Translations under genes and position numbers: made by a program | Notes under the pieces: model-generated | The model's input: only the letters and a program-made list of their open reading frames with translations | What the model was told of the DNA's origin: nothing | Database searches by the model: none | Shown here: positions 29,177 to 37,533 of the stretch, piece after piece | How the letters are laid out: every line of letters starts with the position of its first letter | How positions within the stretch are numbered: the first letter of the stretch is position 1 | DNA from: Promethearchaeia archaeon | GTDB taxonomy: Archaea; Asgardarchaeota; Lokiarchaeia; Sigyniarchaeales; SOKP01 | DNA: 64,000 nt | Assembly (NCBI GenBank): GCA_029856145.1 | Contig: JAHQWK010000008.1 | Coordinates: 64,001 to 128,000, forward strand | Direction of reading: 5' to 3'

Positions 29177-29409
29177 CTTAATTTGTAAAATCTTTTACCA
29201 TCTTTAATTTCCGTTTCGACTAAACCCTGTTTTTCTAACATCCTTAATTTAAAATTCACATAATAGTAATCCATGGTATCTTTAGCTTCTTTTAGGTTAA
29301 ATATAATATCGTTTACACTTTGAAATTCCCTAGTTAAAGATTTTAAAATAATTTCTTCTGTAACTATTTCTATATCAGATTCTTGGTGAAGATTTTTAAC
29401 TTTCTTCAT
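29173..29409 (-). CDS. Small winged-helix protein
   Basis: ILKSL...SVNDII...KLRMLEKQGLVETEIKDGKRFYKL. Confidence 0.75.
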   Translation of the reverse strand: MKKVKNLHQESDIEIVTEEIILKSLTREFQSVNDIIFNLKEAKDTMDYYYVNFKLRMLEKQGLVETEIKDGKRFYKLR

Positions 29410-29516
29410 ACAAATAGTAATTAACGATTTCTTTCTTTTATTAAATTTTGATTCCTTTTAATTATTTTTCAACTTTTTGTTCTTAATAAGTAAAATATAA
29501 ATTAAAAAAATAGGCT

Positions 29517-30998
29517 TTAATGATGAATAGGGCGTCCTTTCTTATGGATAGATTTGCCGACTACGGCTTCACAACCTTCCAGTACTAATTCTGAAATTGT
29601 GGGATGACTGTGAATCGTTTCTGTTACCTCGTGAATGGTTAGACCATGTTTCATCGCTAAAGCTATTTCTGCTATTAATTCGGAGGCTTCAGCTCCGATA
29701 CAAGATGCACCGAGAATTTTATGTGTAGTTTTATCAGCCAGTACCATAATGAAACCTTCTTCTTCTCCCATACATTTAGCTTTACTGAGTGATTGATATG
29801 GAAATTGTCCCATTAACACATCAAAACCCAGATTCTTTGCTATCTTCCTTCTATATCCAACAGAACCGATATTAGGAGAAGTAAAAATGGTTGCTGGTAC
29901 GACAGTATAATCTGTTTTCATTTCTTCTGAAGGAAAACCTCCAATACTTGTTAAGGAATTAGCTACCGCAACATCTGCTTCGTGATAAGCAACATGAGCA
30001 AGCATAATTCCACCCGTCACATCACCTATTGCGTATACTCCCTTCACTGCGGTTTCTAAAGTTTTCGGATTTACTTTAATAGCTCCTCTTTCTGTTTCAA
30101 TACCTACCACCTCAAGTCCTATATTTTTGGATTCTTTTGCACGTCCTATTGATACTAAGCACAAATCTGCTTCAAATATATCTTTTTCAGCATTTTCTGT
30201 TTGATCACGAGGAACATCAGCGGAACAAGTTGTCGCCTTTACACCATTTCCTGTATTTTCTACAGATAGCACGTTTTTTGCTGTATGAATATCTATGCCA
30301 AGATTTTCAAATTTTTTTTGAAGTACTTTAACAATCATTGGTTCTTCAGTAGCAATAGGAGAGGAAAGATATTCTAACATAGTAACCTTACTTCCAAAAG
30401 TTGCAAAGATATTAGCAAATTCACAACCTATAACTCCAGCACCTATAATTAATAATCGTTTTGGAATTATCTTAAAATTAGGATCTAGAATATCGTCACT
30501 CGTTAAAATTCTTTCATGATCGATATTGAAAGCAGGAATTAAAGCTGGAGATGATCCAGTAGCAATAATTATTCTTTTTGCTTTAATAGTTGTATTTTTT
30601 TCACCTTCAATTGAGATTTCGAATCCAGTATCAATATTTCCTCCGATTATCTTCCCAAATCCATTATAAATATCGTTTTTCCAACCCTTCTCTAAAGCTT
30701 CAATTCCATCTACTAATTCTTTTACCACCTGATTTTTCCGTTCTACAGCTTTAGAAAAAGAGAGTTTGAAATCAGAAACTTCTATTCCAAATTCATCAGC
30801 TTCTTTAATTTTTTCGATTAAATGAGAAGATGCATATAAAGCTTTTGTAGGAATACAACCTCTATTAAGACATGTACCTCCCAGTTTATCTTTTTCAATT
30901 AAAGCAACTTTTGCACCGTATTGTGCCGCTCTAATAGCTGAATGATAGCCTCCAGGCCCTGCTCCGATAATAGCTAAATCATATTGGTTTTCACTCAT
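29517..30998 (-). CDS. lpdA: Dihydrolipoamide dehydrogenase
   Basis: GAGPGG, GGTCLNRGCIPTK, GAGVIG, HPTISE. Confidence 0.96.
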   Translation of the reverse strand: MSENQYDLAIIGAGPGGYHSAIRAAQYGAKVALIEKDKLGGTCLNRGCIPTKALYASSHLIEKIKEADEFGIEVSDFKLSFSKAVERKNQVVKELVDGIEALEKGWKNDIYNGFGKIIGGNIDTGFEISIEGEKNTTIKAKRIIIATGSSPALIPAFNIDHERILTSDDILDPNFKIIPKRLLIIGAGVIGCEFANIFATFGSKVTMLEYLSSPIATEEPMIVKVLQKKFENLGIDIHTAKNVLSVENTGNGVKATTCSADVPRDQTENAEKDIFEADLCLVSIGRAKESKNIGLEVVGIETERGAIKVNPKTLETAVKGVYAIGDVTGGIMLAHVAYHEADVAVANSLTSIGGFPSEEMKTDYTVVPATIFTSPNIGSVGYRRKIAKNLGFDVLMGQFPYQSLSKAKCMGEEEGFIMVLADKTTHKILGASCIGAEASELIAEIALAMKHGLTIHEVTETIHSHPTISELVLEGCEAVVGKSIHKKGRPIHH

Positions 30999-31388
30999 TT
31001 TTTCATCATATCATATTTATTAAATTAGGTTCAGAAATAAAATTTTTAACGTTAATATTTAATTTAAATTCTTCTGTGATAGTAAAAATCTTCAAAATAT
31101 TAATTATTTTTTAAAAAAGAAACAATAGACTTATCGATATTAGTCATAAAAATGATTGTAAAACGTACATGATCTCATTAGATCTTTAACATATTATTAT
31201 GAAAAAGGGGAATATACATAAAAAAAGGCACTAATATTATGAAAACACTGTAATTAATTATAAATAGTAAAAAGATTTGTTCCTCTGCTCTTTTGATGTA
31301 TGAATTAATAAACAAGTTATCATATTTTACTAGTAGAGCAAATAAAGTTTTATTGAATTTTTATCAAATTACTCAAAATTTCAAAATT

Positions 31389-31808
31389 ATGGATATAATT
31401 GATCAGAAAATATTAGAACTACTTAAAGAAAATAGTAGAATCTCATTCAATAAGATATCTGAAAATATAAATAAAACAGAAGCAACTGTTAGAAGAAGAG
31501 TAAAAAGACTGAAAGACGAAGGAATAATACAAAAATTTACTATTGATTATGATATCGATACTGGACAAAAAATTTATGCAACTATAAAAATTGAGCCTGA
31601 CTTTAAGGACGTTAAACGAATATTGAAAGAATTACTCAGCATTGAAGAAGTTTCTAATATATGGCGTTTATCAGGTGATTGTGGTTTACTTTTGAAGGTG
31701 GATCTTGACTCAATTGAAAAATTTAACCCTTTGATTGAGGATAAAATATCACAAATTACTGGAATAAAGATTATCGAAACTTGCTTCATCACTGATGTTA
31801 TTAAGTAA
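31389..31808 (+). CDS. Lrp/AsnC family regulator
   Basis: MDIIDQKILELLKENSRISF...TVRRRVKRLKDEGII; RAM domain. Confidence 0.92.
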   Translation: MDIIDQKILELLKENSRISFNKISENINKTEATVRRRVKRLKDEGIIQKFTIDYDIDTGQKIYATIKIEPDFKDVKRILKELLSIEEVSNIWRLSGDCGLLLKVDLDSIEKFNPLIEDKISQITGIKIIETCFITDVIK

Positions 31809-32045
31809 TGTTTATTTAAGCTTTTTTTAAGTCTTATAAATTATTATCATTAAAAATCTAATTTTCTCTATATAAATTTCAATCAATTTTTAATAAAATG
31901 AAGTAGAAACAGTATGATGTACAGAAAGAACGCAAAAAATAAATAACATAAATAATAAATCTTAAATCAATTTAGTAAAAAAAAAAGTATTTAAAGATTA
32001 TAACAGATAATTTAGAAAAGGGAATGTTTTTCGATTTAATATAAG

Positions 32046-32585
32046 GTGTTAAACATAGAAGAGAAGCTAGCGTTCAAATTGTGCATATTTGGCACGGGAG
32101 GTGTTGGTAAGACAACGCTAATAAGAAGATTTATGACAAAGATATTTGAGGAAGATATAAAGATGACAATCGGTGCAGATTTTAGCATTAAAAACGTAAA
32201 ACTTGATGATAGAACTGTAACACTTCGGATATGGGATTTTGCGGGAGAAGAACGTTTCAGAGTGCTTTTACCTAGCTTTGCTAAAGGAGCAGACGGAGGT
32301 ATTTTCATGTTTGACACAACTAGATATTCAAGTATACGAGATATTGATGATTGGCTCGCTATTTTTGAATATTTTATCTCTGAATCAAAAGCAACAATAC
32401 CTATTATTATGGTTGGAGGAAAAATAGATCTTGTAGATAAGAAATCTATAGAAACCGAAGAAGCCATGGAATTATCGAATAAATATGGTTTATATGGCTA
32501 TTTTGAGTGTTCTTCTAAGACAGGAGAAAATATAGAAGAAATTTTCAAATTTATTGCAAATAAGATGATTGAACGTTCAAAATAA
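32046..32585 (+). CDS. Rab/Ras-like small GTPase (eukaryotic signature protein)
   Basis: GTGGVGKTT, TIGADF, WDFAGEERF, GKID, CSSK. Confidence 0.93.
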   Translation: MLNIEEKLAFKLCIFGTGGVGKTTLIRRFMTKIFEEDIKMTIGADFSIKNVKLDDRTVTLRIWDFAGEERFRVLLPSFAKGADGGIFMFDTTRYSSIRDIDDWLAIFEYFISESKATIPIIMVGGKIDLVDKKSIETEEAMELSNKYGLYGYFECSSKTGENIEEIFKFIANKMIERSK

Positions 32586-32656
32586 GGTTATAACCATTTA
32601 GTAAAAGGAATAAACTCAAAAATATCATTAATATAATAAGATATAATATAATTTTT

Positions 32657-33187
32657 TTATGTTCTTTTAATAACTTTTACCAATCCTTTTTTTCTGAGCT
32701 CTTCCATCATTTTTTCTATTTCATCTGTACTTATCTGTGCTATCTCCGCAACTTGTTCAATAGTATTCATTCCATCGCATATTTTTAGTACTTTGAATTG
32801 TTCTTTATTTAGCATTCCTAATTGTACGGCCATAGGTGAAATATCTTTTACAACGATAGGAATTCTAATTTCAGTTCCTTCTTGAATAGCTTCTGCTCCA
32901 ATTTCTTCTGTGGTAGGAGACTCTCCAAAAAAGGATTTAACCCCTGTTACATCAAAACTATCATTTATATAGACATAAATCGTGTGTTCTTGTCCAGAAA
33001 GGTCATCAAGATCTTCTGGATCAGGAATTTGGTTGGAATGTTTGAATTCTTTGGTGTAGATACCCATTTTTAATCCGTCGATAATTTCTTTCTTATCGAC
33101 CCTTAAAGCAACCATATCCTCACATATATCGCACCATGCCCATGCTTCTATTAATGAGAAATATTTCTTTACTTTATTTTCTGGCAT
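32657..33187 (-). CDS. Hypothetical protein with CxxC and C-terminal winged HTH
   Basis: WCDIC; CDGMNTIEQVAEIAQI...LRKKGLV. Confidence 0.7.
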   Translation of the reverse strand: MPENKVKKYFSLIEAWAWCDICEDMVALRVDKKEIIDGLKMGIYTKEFKHSNQIPDPEDLDDLSGQEHTIYVYINDSFDVTGVKSFFGESPTTEEIGAEAIQEGTEIRIPIVVKDISPMAVQLGMLNKEQFKVLKICDGMNTIEQVAEIAQISTDEIEKMMEELRKKGLVKVIKRT

Positions 33188-33417
33188 CTCAGTTCTCTTT
33201 ATAAATTAGTTCTATGCAAATTAAGATGTTTATCAATTAAAAATTTAATTTACTTGTTTGTTCTATAATGAATAAATCAATTTAAATCAACCAGTAAATC
33301 AATTAAAAGAACATAATTTTTATCTAATCGGCGCAATTTTAAAACCAAAAATAATTAAAGTTATAATATATTCTATTATCTAAGTTTCGATTTTGATAAT
33401 GTACAGAGGATATATCA

Positions 33418-33594
33418 ATGACAACATACAAACGCAATGTTTGCTTTGGCTGTGGACGTCCTATAACACCGTATGAAGCAGCAGTTCATTTTCCATGTCC
33501 TTCCTGTGGAGACGTAACAATTTGGCGATGTGAGCGCTGCAGGGAAATGGGAAAAGAGTATCGTTGTTTGAAATGTGAATTTTCTGGGCCTTAA
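33418..33594 (+). CDS. Archaeal double Zn-ribbon protein (DUF1610/HVO_2753-like), missed by the ORF track
   Basis: CFGC..FPCPSCG..IWRCERCR..YRCLKCEFSGP; conserved position upstream of aEF-1beta. Confidence 0.9.
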   Translation: MTTYKRNVCFGCGRPITPYEAAVHFPCPSCGDVTIWRCERCREMGKEYRCLKCEFSGP

Positions 33595-33619
33595 AATGAA
33601 TATTAAGGGTGAGTCTTTA

Positions 33620-33886
33620 ATGGGAGAATTTGTTGCACTAATTGATGTTGTTCCAGAGGATACTGATATAAATTTTGAAGGTTTTGTTGGGAAGCTGAAA
33701 GATGTATTGCCTGATACTTGTTTTATTGAACATTATGAGATATTACCTGTTGCATTTGGTTTGAAGAAAGCGAGAGTAAGAGTAAGATATCCAGAAGACT
33801 GGGGTGGAACAGATAAACTCGAAGAATTATTTAAGCAAGTTGATGGGATACAAGGTATTGAAGGTATTGCTTTCTCAAAAGCTTAA
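33620..33886 (+). CDS. ef1b: Translation elongation factor aEF-1beta
   Basis: PVAFGLKK motif, GGTDKLEE; ATG at 33620. Confidence 0.9.
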   Translation: MGEFVALIDVVPEDTDINFEGFVGKLKDVLPDTCFIEHYEILPVAFGLKKARVRVRYPEDWGGTDKLEELFKQVDGIQGIEGIAFSKA

Positions 33887-33920
33887 AAAATGAGCCATTA
33901 TACCTAATTTAAAATAAAAA

Positions 33921-34478
33921 TTATCTTGTTTTTAGAAATCTTTGTAGATCATCTACAAGATCCTTTTCTTCCTTTTCATCCACACCTTCCTTCTCAAGAT
34001 CTTCTCTTATTGAGGAAGAATATTTTATCCATTCTCGTTTATCCTTCATAATAAGTTCCTGAACCAAGGGAATTGACTCGAAATCCGGAAATTCTTCATA
34101 TTTTTTCTGAAAGTTTTTTACAATCGCATGAGCTTTTTCAATATTTTCTAATTCAATTAATTTATCATAATTTTCTAGTATTTTTGTAGCAGTATTCTTA
34201 ATTTCTGAAAGTTGGTATTTTTTTTGAAGTTTATCAGCAATAATATTAATAAATTTTTCTTGTTCCTTTACATACGATTGTAGATCTACTTGAACTGCTA
34301 ATTTAATTATTTTTTCTGCATAGTCAATTGCTTCAGAATAATTACCACTTAAATAGCTATTTTGTGCTAAGGATTTTAACTCTTCAATCTTAGAATTTAT
34401 TTCAAACCTGCGATCTATTTCAGAAATATCCACTTTCTTTTTTTCTGTTTTCTTTTCTTTTTTATCTTTTTTTTTCAT
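33921..34478 (-). CDS. Hypothetical charged helical (TPR-like) protein
   Basis: YLSGNYSEAIDYAEKII. Confidence 0.6.
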   Translation of the reverse strand: MKKKDKKEKKTEKKKVDISEIDRRFEINSKIEELKSLAQNSYLSGNYSEAIDYAEKIIKLAVQVDLQSYVKEQEKFINIIADKLQKKYQLSEIKNTATKILENYDKLIELENIEKAHAIVKNFQKKYEEFPDFESIPLVQELIMKDKREWIKYSSSIREDLEKEGVDEKEEKDLVDDLQRFLKTR

Positions 34479-34528
34479 TTTACATACTCACTTTTTATCT
34501 CGAATTTTATTTTAAACTGCTTATTATT

Positions 34529-36394
34529 TCAAACTATTCTCTTAAATAATTTATCTAATTCCTTAAAAGAAAAAAATCTTAAGGTTGGTCTTCCATGAGC
34601 ACAATGATAAGAATCTTTGCATTTCCCTAATTCAACTAATAATTTCCTTATATCTTTTAAGGAGAGTTCATCTCCTCCTCTAATACTTTTATGGCATGAC
34701 AAATAATTGATTATTTCTTTTTTGACTTCTTTAAAACTTTTATCTTTTCCTATTTTCGATATGTCGCTGATAATTTCTTTTATGATATTTATTTTTGGTA
34801 CTTTCCCCATGATGGTGGGTATTTCTCTTAAAATGAACGTATTTCCTCCAAAGTGCTCGAAATTAAATCCTAATTTTTTAATTTCATGTAGATTAGCCTC
34901 TAAAAATATTTTCTCACTAGGAGATACATCAATTTTCAAAGCAGATATTAATTTCTGTTTACCCATTTTTGAAGTTTCATATGCTTTTAGAAACTTTTCT
35001 TTATTTATTCTTTCGCTAGCTGCGTGCTGGTCTAAAATAAATAATCCTTCATCATTATTTTCGTTGATCCCCTCTAAAACAATATATGTATTATTACTTA
35101 ATTGACCCGTATGAGAGATTAGTCGTAGTTTTGGAAAATTATTGGCAATTATATATTTTCTTCGTAAAAAAGTTTCAGGCGGAAGTAGCTGATTTGATTT
35201 GTTTTCAATTATTTGATCTTCTAAGCTTAATTGAACGCTTTCTTCGGGAATAAAAAGTTGTTCTTGGGCTTTTTCTTCATCTTCAAGTTCTCCTTCAGGA
35301 ATTTCTTTTATTAGTTTTATAAAATTTTTTGATAATTTCTCTTCTTTCGGTATAAAAACCTCTAATTCAGTAGATAAATATTTTGCCTCCTTGAATATGA
35401 ATTTATCTTCTACAAAACTCTGGATCACATTATATACTTTGTTATAAATAGTATCTTCTCTCTCAAATCTCACATGAAGTTTCTTTGGATGAACATTAAA
35501 ATCAATCACAGAAGGGTCAAGCTCAAGAAAAACAATGAAAAAAGGGTATTTACTTACCATTAATGTTCCTTCATACGCTTCACTAATAGCTCTAAATAAT
35601 ACATCACTAATGATATAGCGCCGATTTATAAATAAGCTTGAGTAAGCTCTGTTTTTTTTAGAAATTTGAGGATGTCCTAATAAACCCTTTATTTGGAATT
35701 TAGTCTCATCTTCTTTGAAATCAAATGGTTCCATAAATTTCGCAATCTTTTTTCCATATATATGAAATACCGTCGTTTTTAAATCATTCGAGGCGGGGCA
35801 ATTGATTATATCTAACTCATTATGACGATATATGAAATGGAGTTCTGGGTATGCTAAAGAATATCTCTGGACAATATCTGTAATATGACTCAATTCTGTT
35901 GCATCAGTCTTAAGAAATTTTTGCCTTGCTGGAAGGTTATAAAAAATATTTTTGACTTGAATTTTTGTCCCAATTGGACAAGAAATTTTTTTCTTCTCTA
36001 CAATTTTTCCTCCTTCAATACATAAGTGCACCCCTTTCTCTTCAGACTCAACTCTAGAGATAATTTCAACCATACTTACAGCTGCAATACTTGCTAGTGC
36101 TTCTCCTCTAAAGCCTAAAGTAGAAAGATCCTCTAAATCTTTGATACTTCTAATTTTACTACTTGTATGTCTTTCAAAAGCCTTTTCGATATCTTCAGAG
36201 GGAATCCCAATACCATTATCTATTACCTGGATTAAGGATTTTCCAGCTCTTTTCACAATAACTCTTATTTCTGATGCTTCTGCATCTATACTATTCTCAA
36301 TAAGCTCTTTTACAATATTAACAGGTCTGTCAACTACTTCTCCTGCCGCAATTTTCGATGCCTCAATAATTTTCTTAATTTTCCTTACTTTCAA
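34529..36394 (-). CDS. mutL: DNA mismatch repair endonuclease MutL
   Basis: IAAGEVV, KELIENSIDA, GFRGEAL, DQHAASER, CAHGRP. Confidence 0.97.
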   Translation of the reverse strand: MKVRKIKKIIEASKIAAGEVVDRPVNIVKELIENSIDAEASEIRVIVKRAGKSLIQVIDNGIGIPSEDIEKAFERHTSSKIRSIKDLEDLSTLGFRGEALASIAAVSMVEIISRVESEEKGVHLCIEGGKIVEKKKISCPIGTKIQVKNIFYNLPARQKFLKTDATELSHITDIVQRYSLAYPELHFIYRHNELDIINCPASNDLKTTVFHIYGKKIAKFMEPFDFKEDETKFQIKGLLGHPQISKKNRAYSSLFINRRYIISDVLFRAISEAYEGTLMVSKYPFFIVFLELDPSVIDFNVHPKKLHVRFEREDTIYNKVYNVIQSFVEDKFIFKEAKYLSTELEVFIPKEEKLSKNFIKLIKEIPEGELEDEEKAQEQLFIPEESVQLSLEDQIIENKSNQLLPPETFLRRKYIIANNFPKLRLISHTGQLSNNTYIVLEGINENNDEGLFILDQHAASERINKEKFLKAYETSKMGKQKLISALKIDVSPSEKIFLEANLHEIKKLGFNFEHFGGNTFILREIPTIMGKVPKINIIKEIISDISKIGKDKSFKEVKKEIINYLSCHKSIRGGDELSLKDIRKLLVELGKCKDSYHCAHGRPTLRFFSFKELDKLFKRIV

Positions 36395-36603
36395 AATTTT
36401 CTAACAATTTTCAGAATTTTTTTCAATGATAAGATAAGATTTTCAAGCTAATATATTTCTCATTACAATCAAATTTAAAATAGTACACTATTAAAGTTTA
36501 AATAAATTTAGATCTAAGAGTGTTTCTATTTTAACTATTAAATCGAAGATAAGTCTTTTAAATTTCTTTTAATACTTTATTATAATTCTATTGAGTGTAA
36601 ATT

Positions 36604-37533
36604 ATGAGTATTCAAAATACAATGAAACAAGAGGAAAAATCTTCAATTCATTTGTATTTTATATATTTATTCGTAATTATCACAATTACTCTCATTATTT
36701 TAAGAATATTTCTATATTTCTTTGAAATATCTGAATGGATACAAGACACTAAGGATCTTGATTTTAAAATTCTTATTGAGGGCATGGATAATGGTTTGAT
36801 TGATTTTTATAACCCAGTTGCTATTTCAGATTGGCCTCCTTATTATCTTTATTTTTGGTATTTTATATTTTATCCCATTTATATAATACCTTTCAATAGC
36901 ATAATAGGAGTTTATGTTTGGGATATTTTACGATTGGTATTAACAATTTTAATTATTAGAGAATCACCAAAAGTCTTTAAGAATAGAAAAGATTTACTTA
37001 TTTTTTATATATTGAGTATTATCGGCTATAACATAGACGCATATTATAACAATGTCAATTTTTTAATCTCATTCTTTCTATTTTATTCGTTTGTGTTTTT
37101 GGAAAAAGATAAAAAATGGATTTCTGGTATATTGTTCACACTTTCTACGTTTAAAATAACAGCATTACTATTTCTTCCCGTTTTACTTATTGCTAGAAAA
37201 ATAAAGTGGAAAGATCTTCTCTATTATTTGGTTCCTTTTTTAATTATATGTGTTCCCTATATAATTTTCCCTAATTATTTCTTGCAAATGTTCAGTAATT
37301 GGCTTCATAGTGACCAGGGAATTCAGGGGATATTGATTTTCGATTCAATAATGTGGAAGGCTTTACAGCCCTCACATTTAATGTTTATTGGCTTATTATT
37401 GATAATATTTTTAGAGAATATAAAAAATGAAGATCGAAAAAATTTATACCGGCTTATCCTTGTCTCAATAATAACATTATATTACGTTTATTTAACCACT
37501 ATAGTCTTTATTATTCCCATTGTTCTTGGCTAG
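36604..37533 (+). CDS. GT87/DUF2029-like membrane glycosyltransferase
   Basis: Multi-TM; PPYYLYFW, NNVN and TFKI pattern. Confidence 0.6.
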   Translation: MSIQNTMKQEEKSSIHLYFIYLFVIITITLIILRIFLYFFEISEWIQDTKDLDFKILIEGMDNGLIDFYNPVAISDWPPYYLYFWYFIFYPIYIIPFNSIIGVYVWDILRLVLTILIIRESPKVFKNRKDLLIFYILSIIGYNIDAYYNNVNFLISFFLFYSFVFLEKDKKWISGILFTLSTFKITALLFLPVLLIARKIKWKDLLYYLVPFLIICVPYIIFPNYFLQMFSNWLHSDQGIQGILIFDSIMWKALQPSHLMFIGLLLIIFLENIKNEDRKNLYRLILVSIITLYYVYLTTIVFIIPIVLG

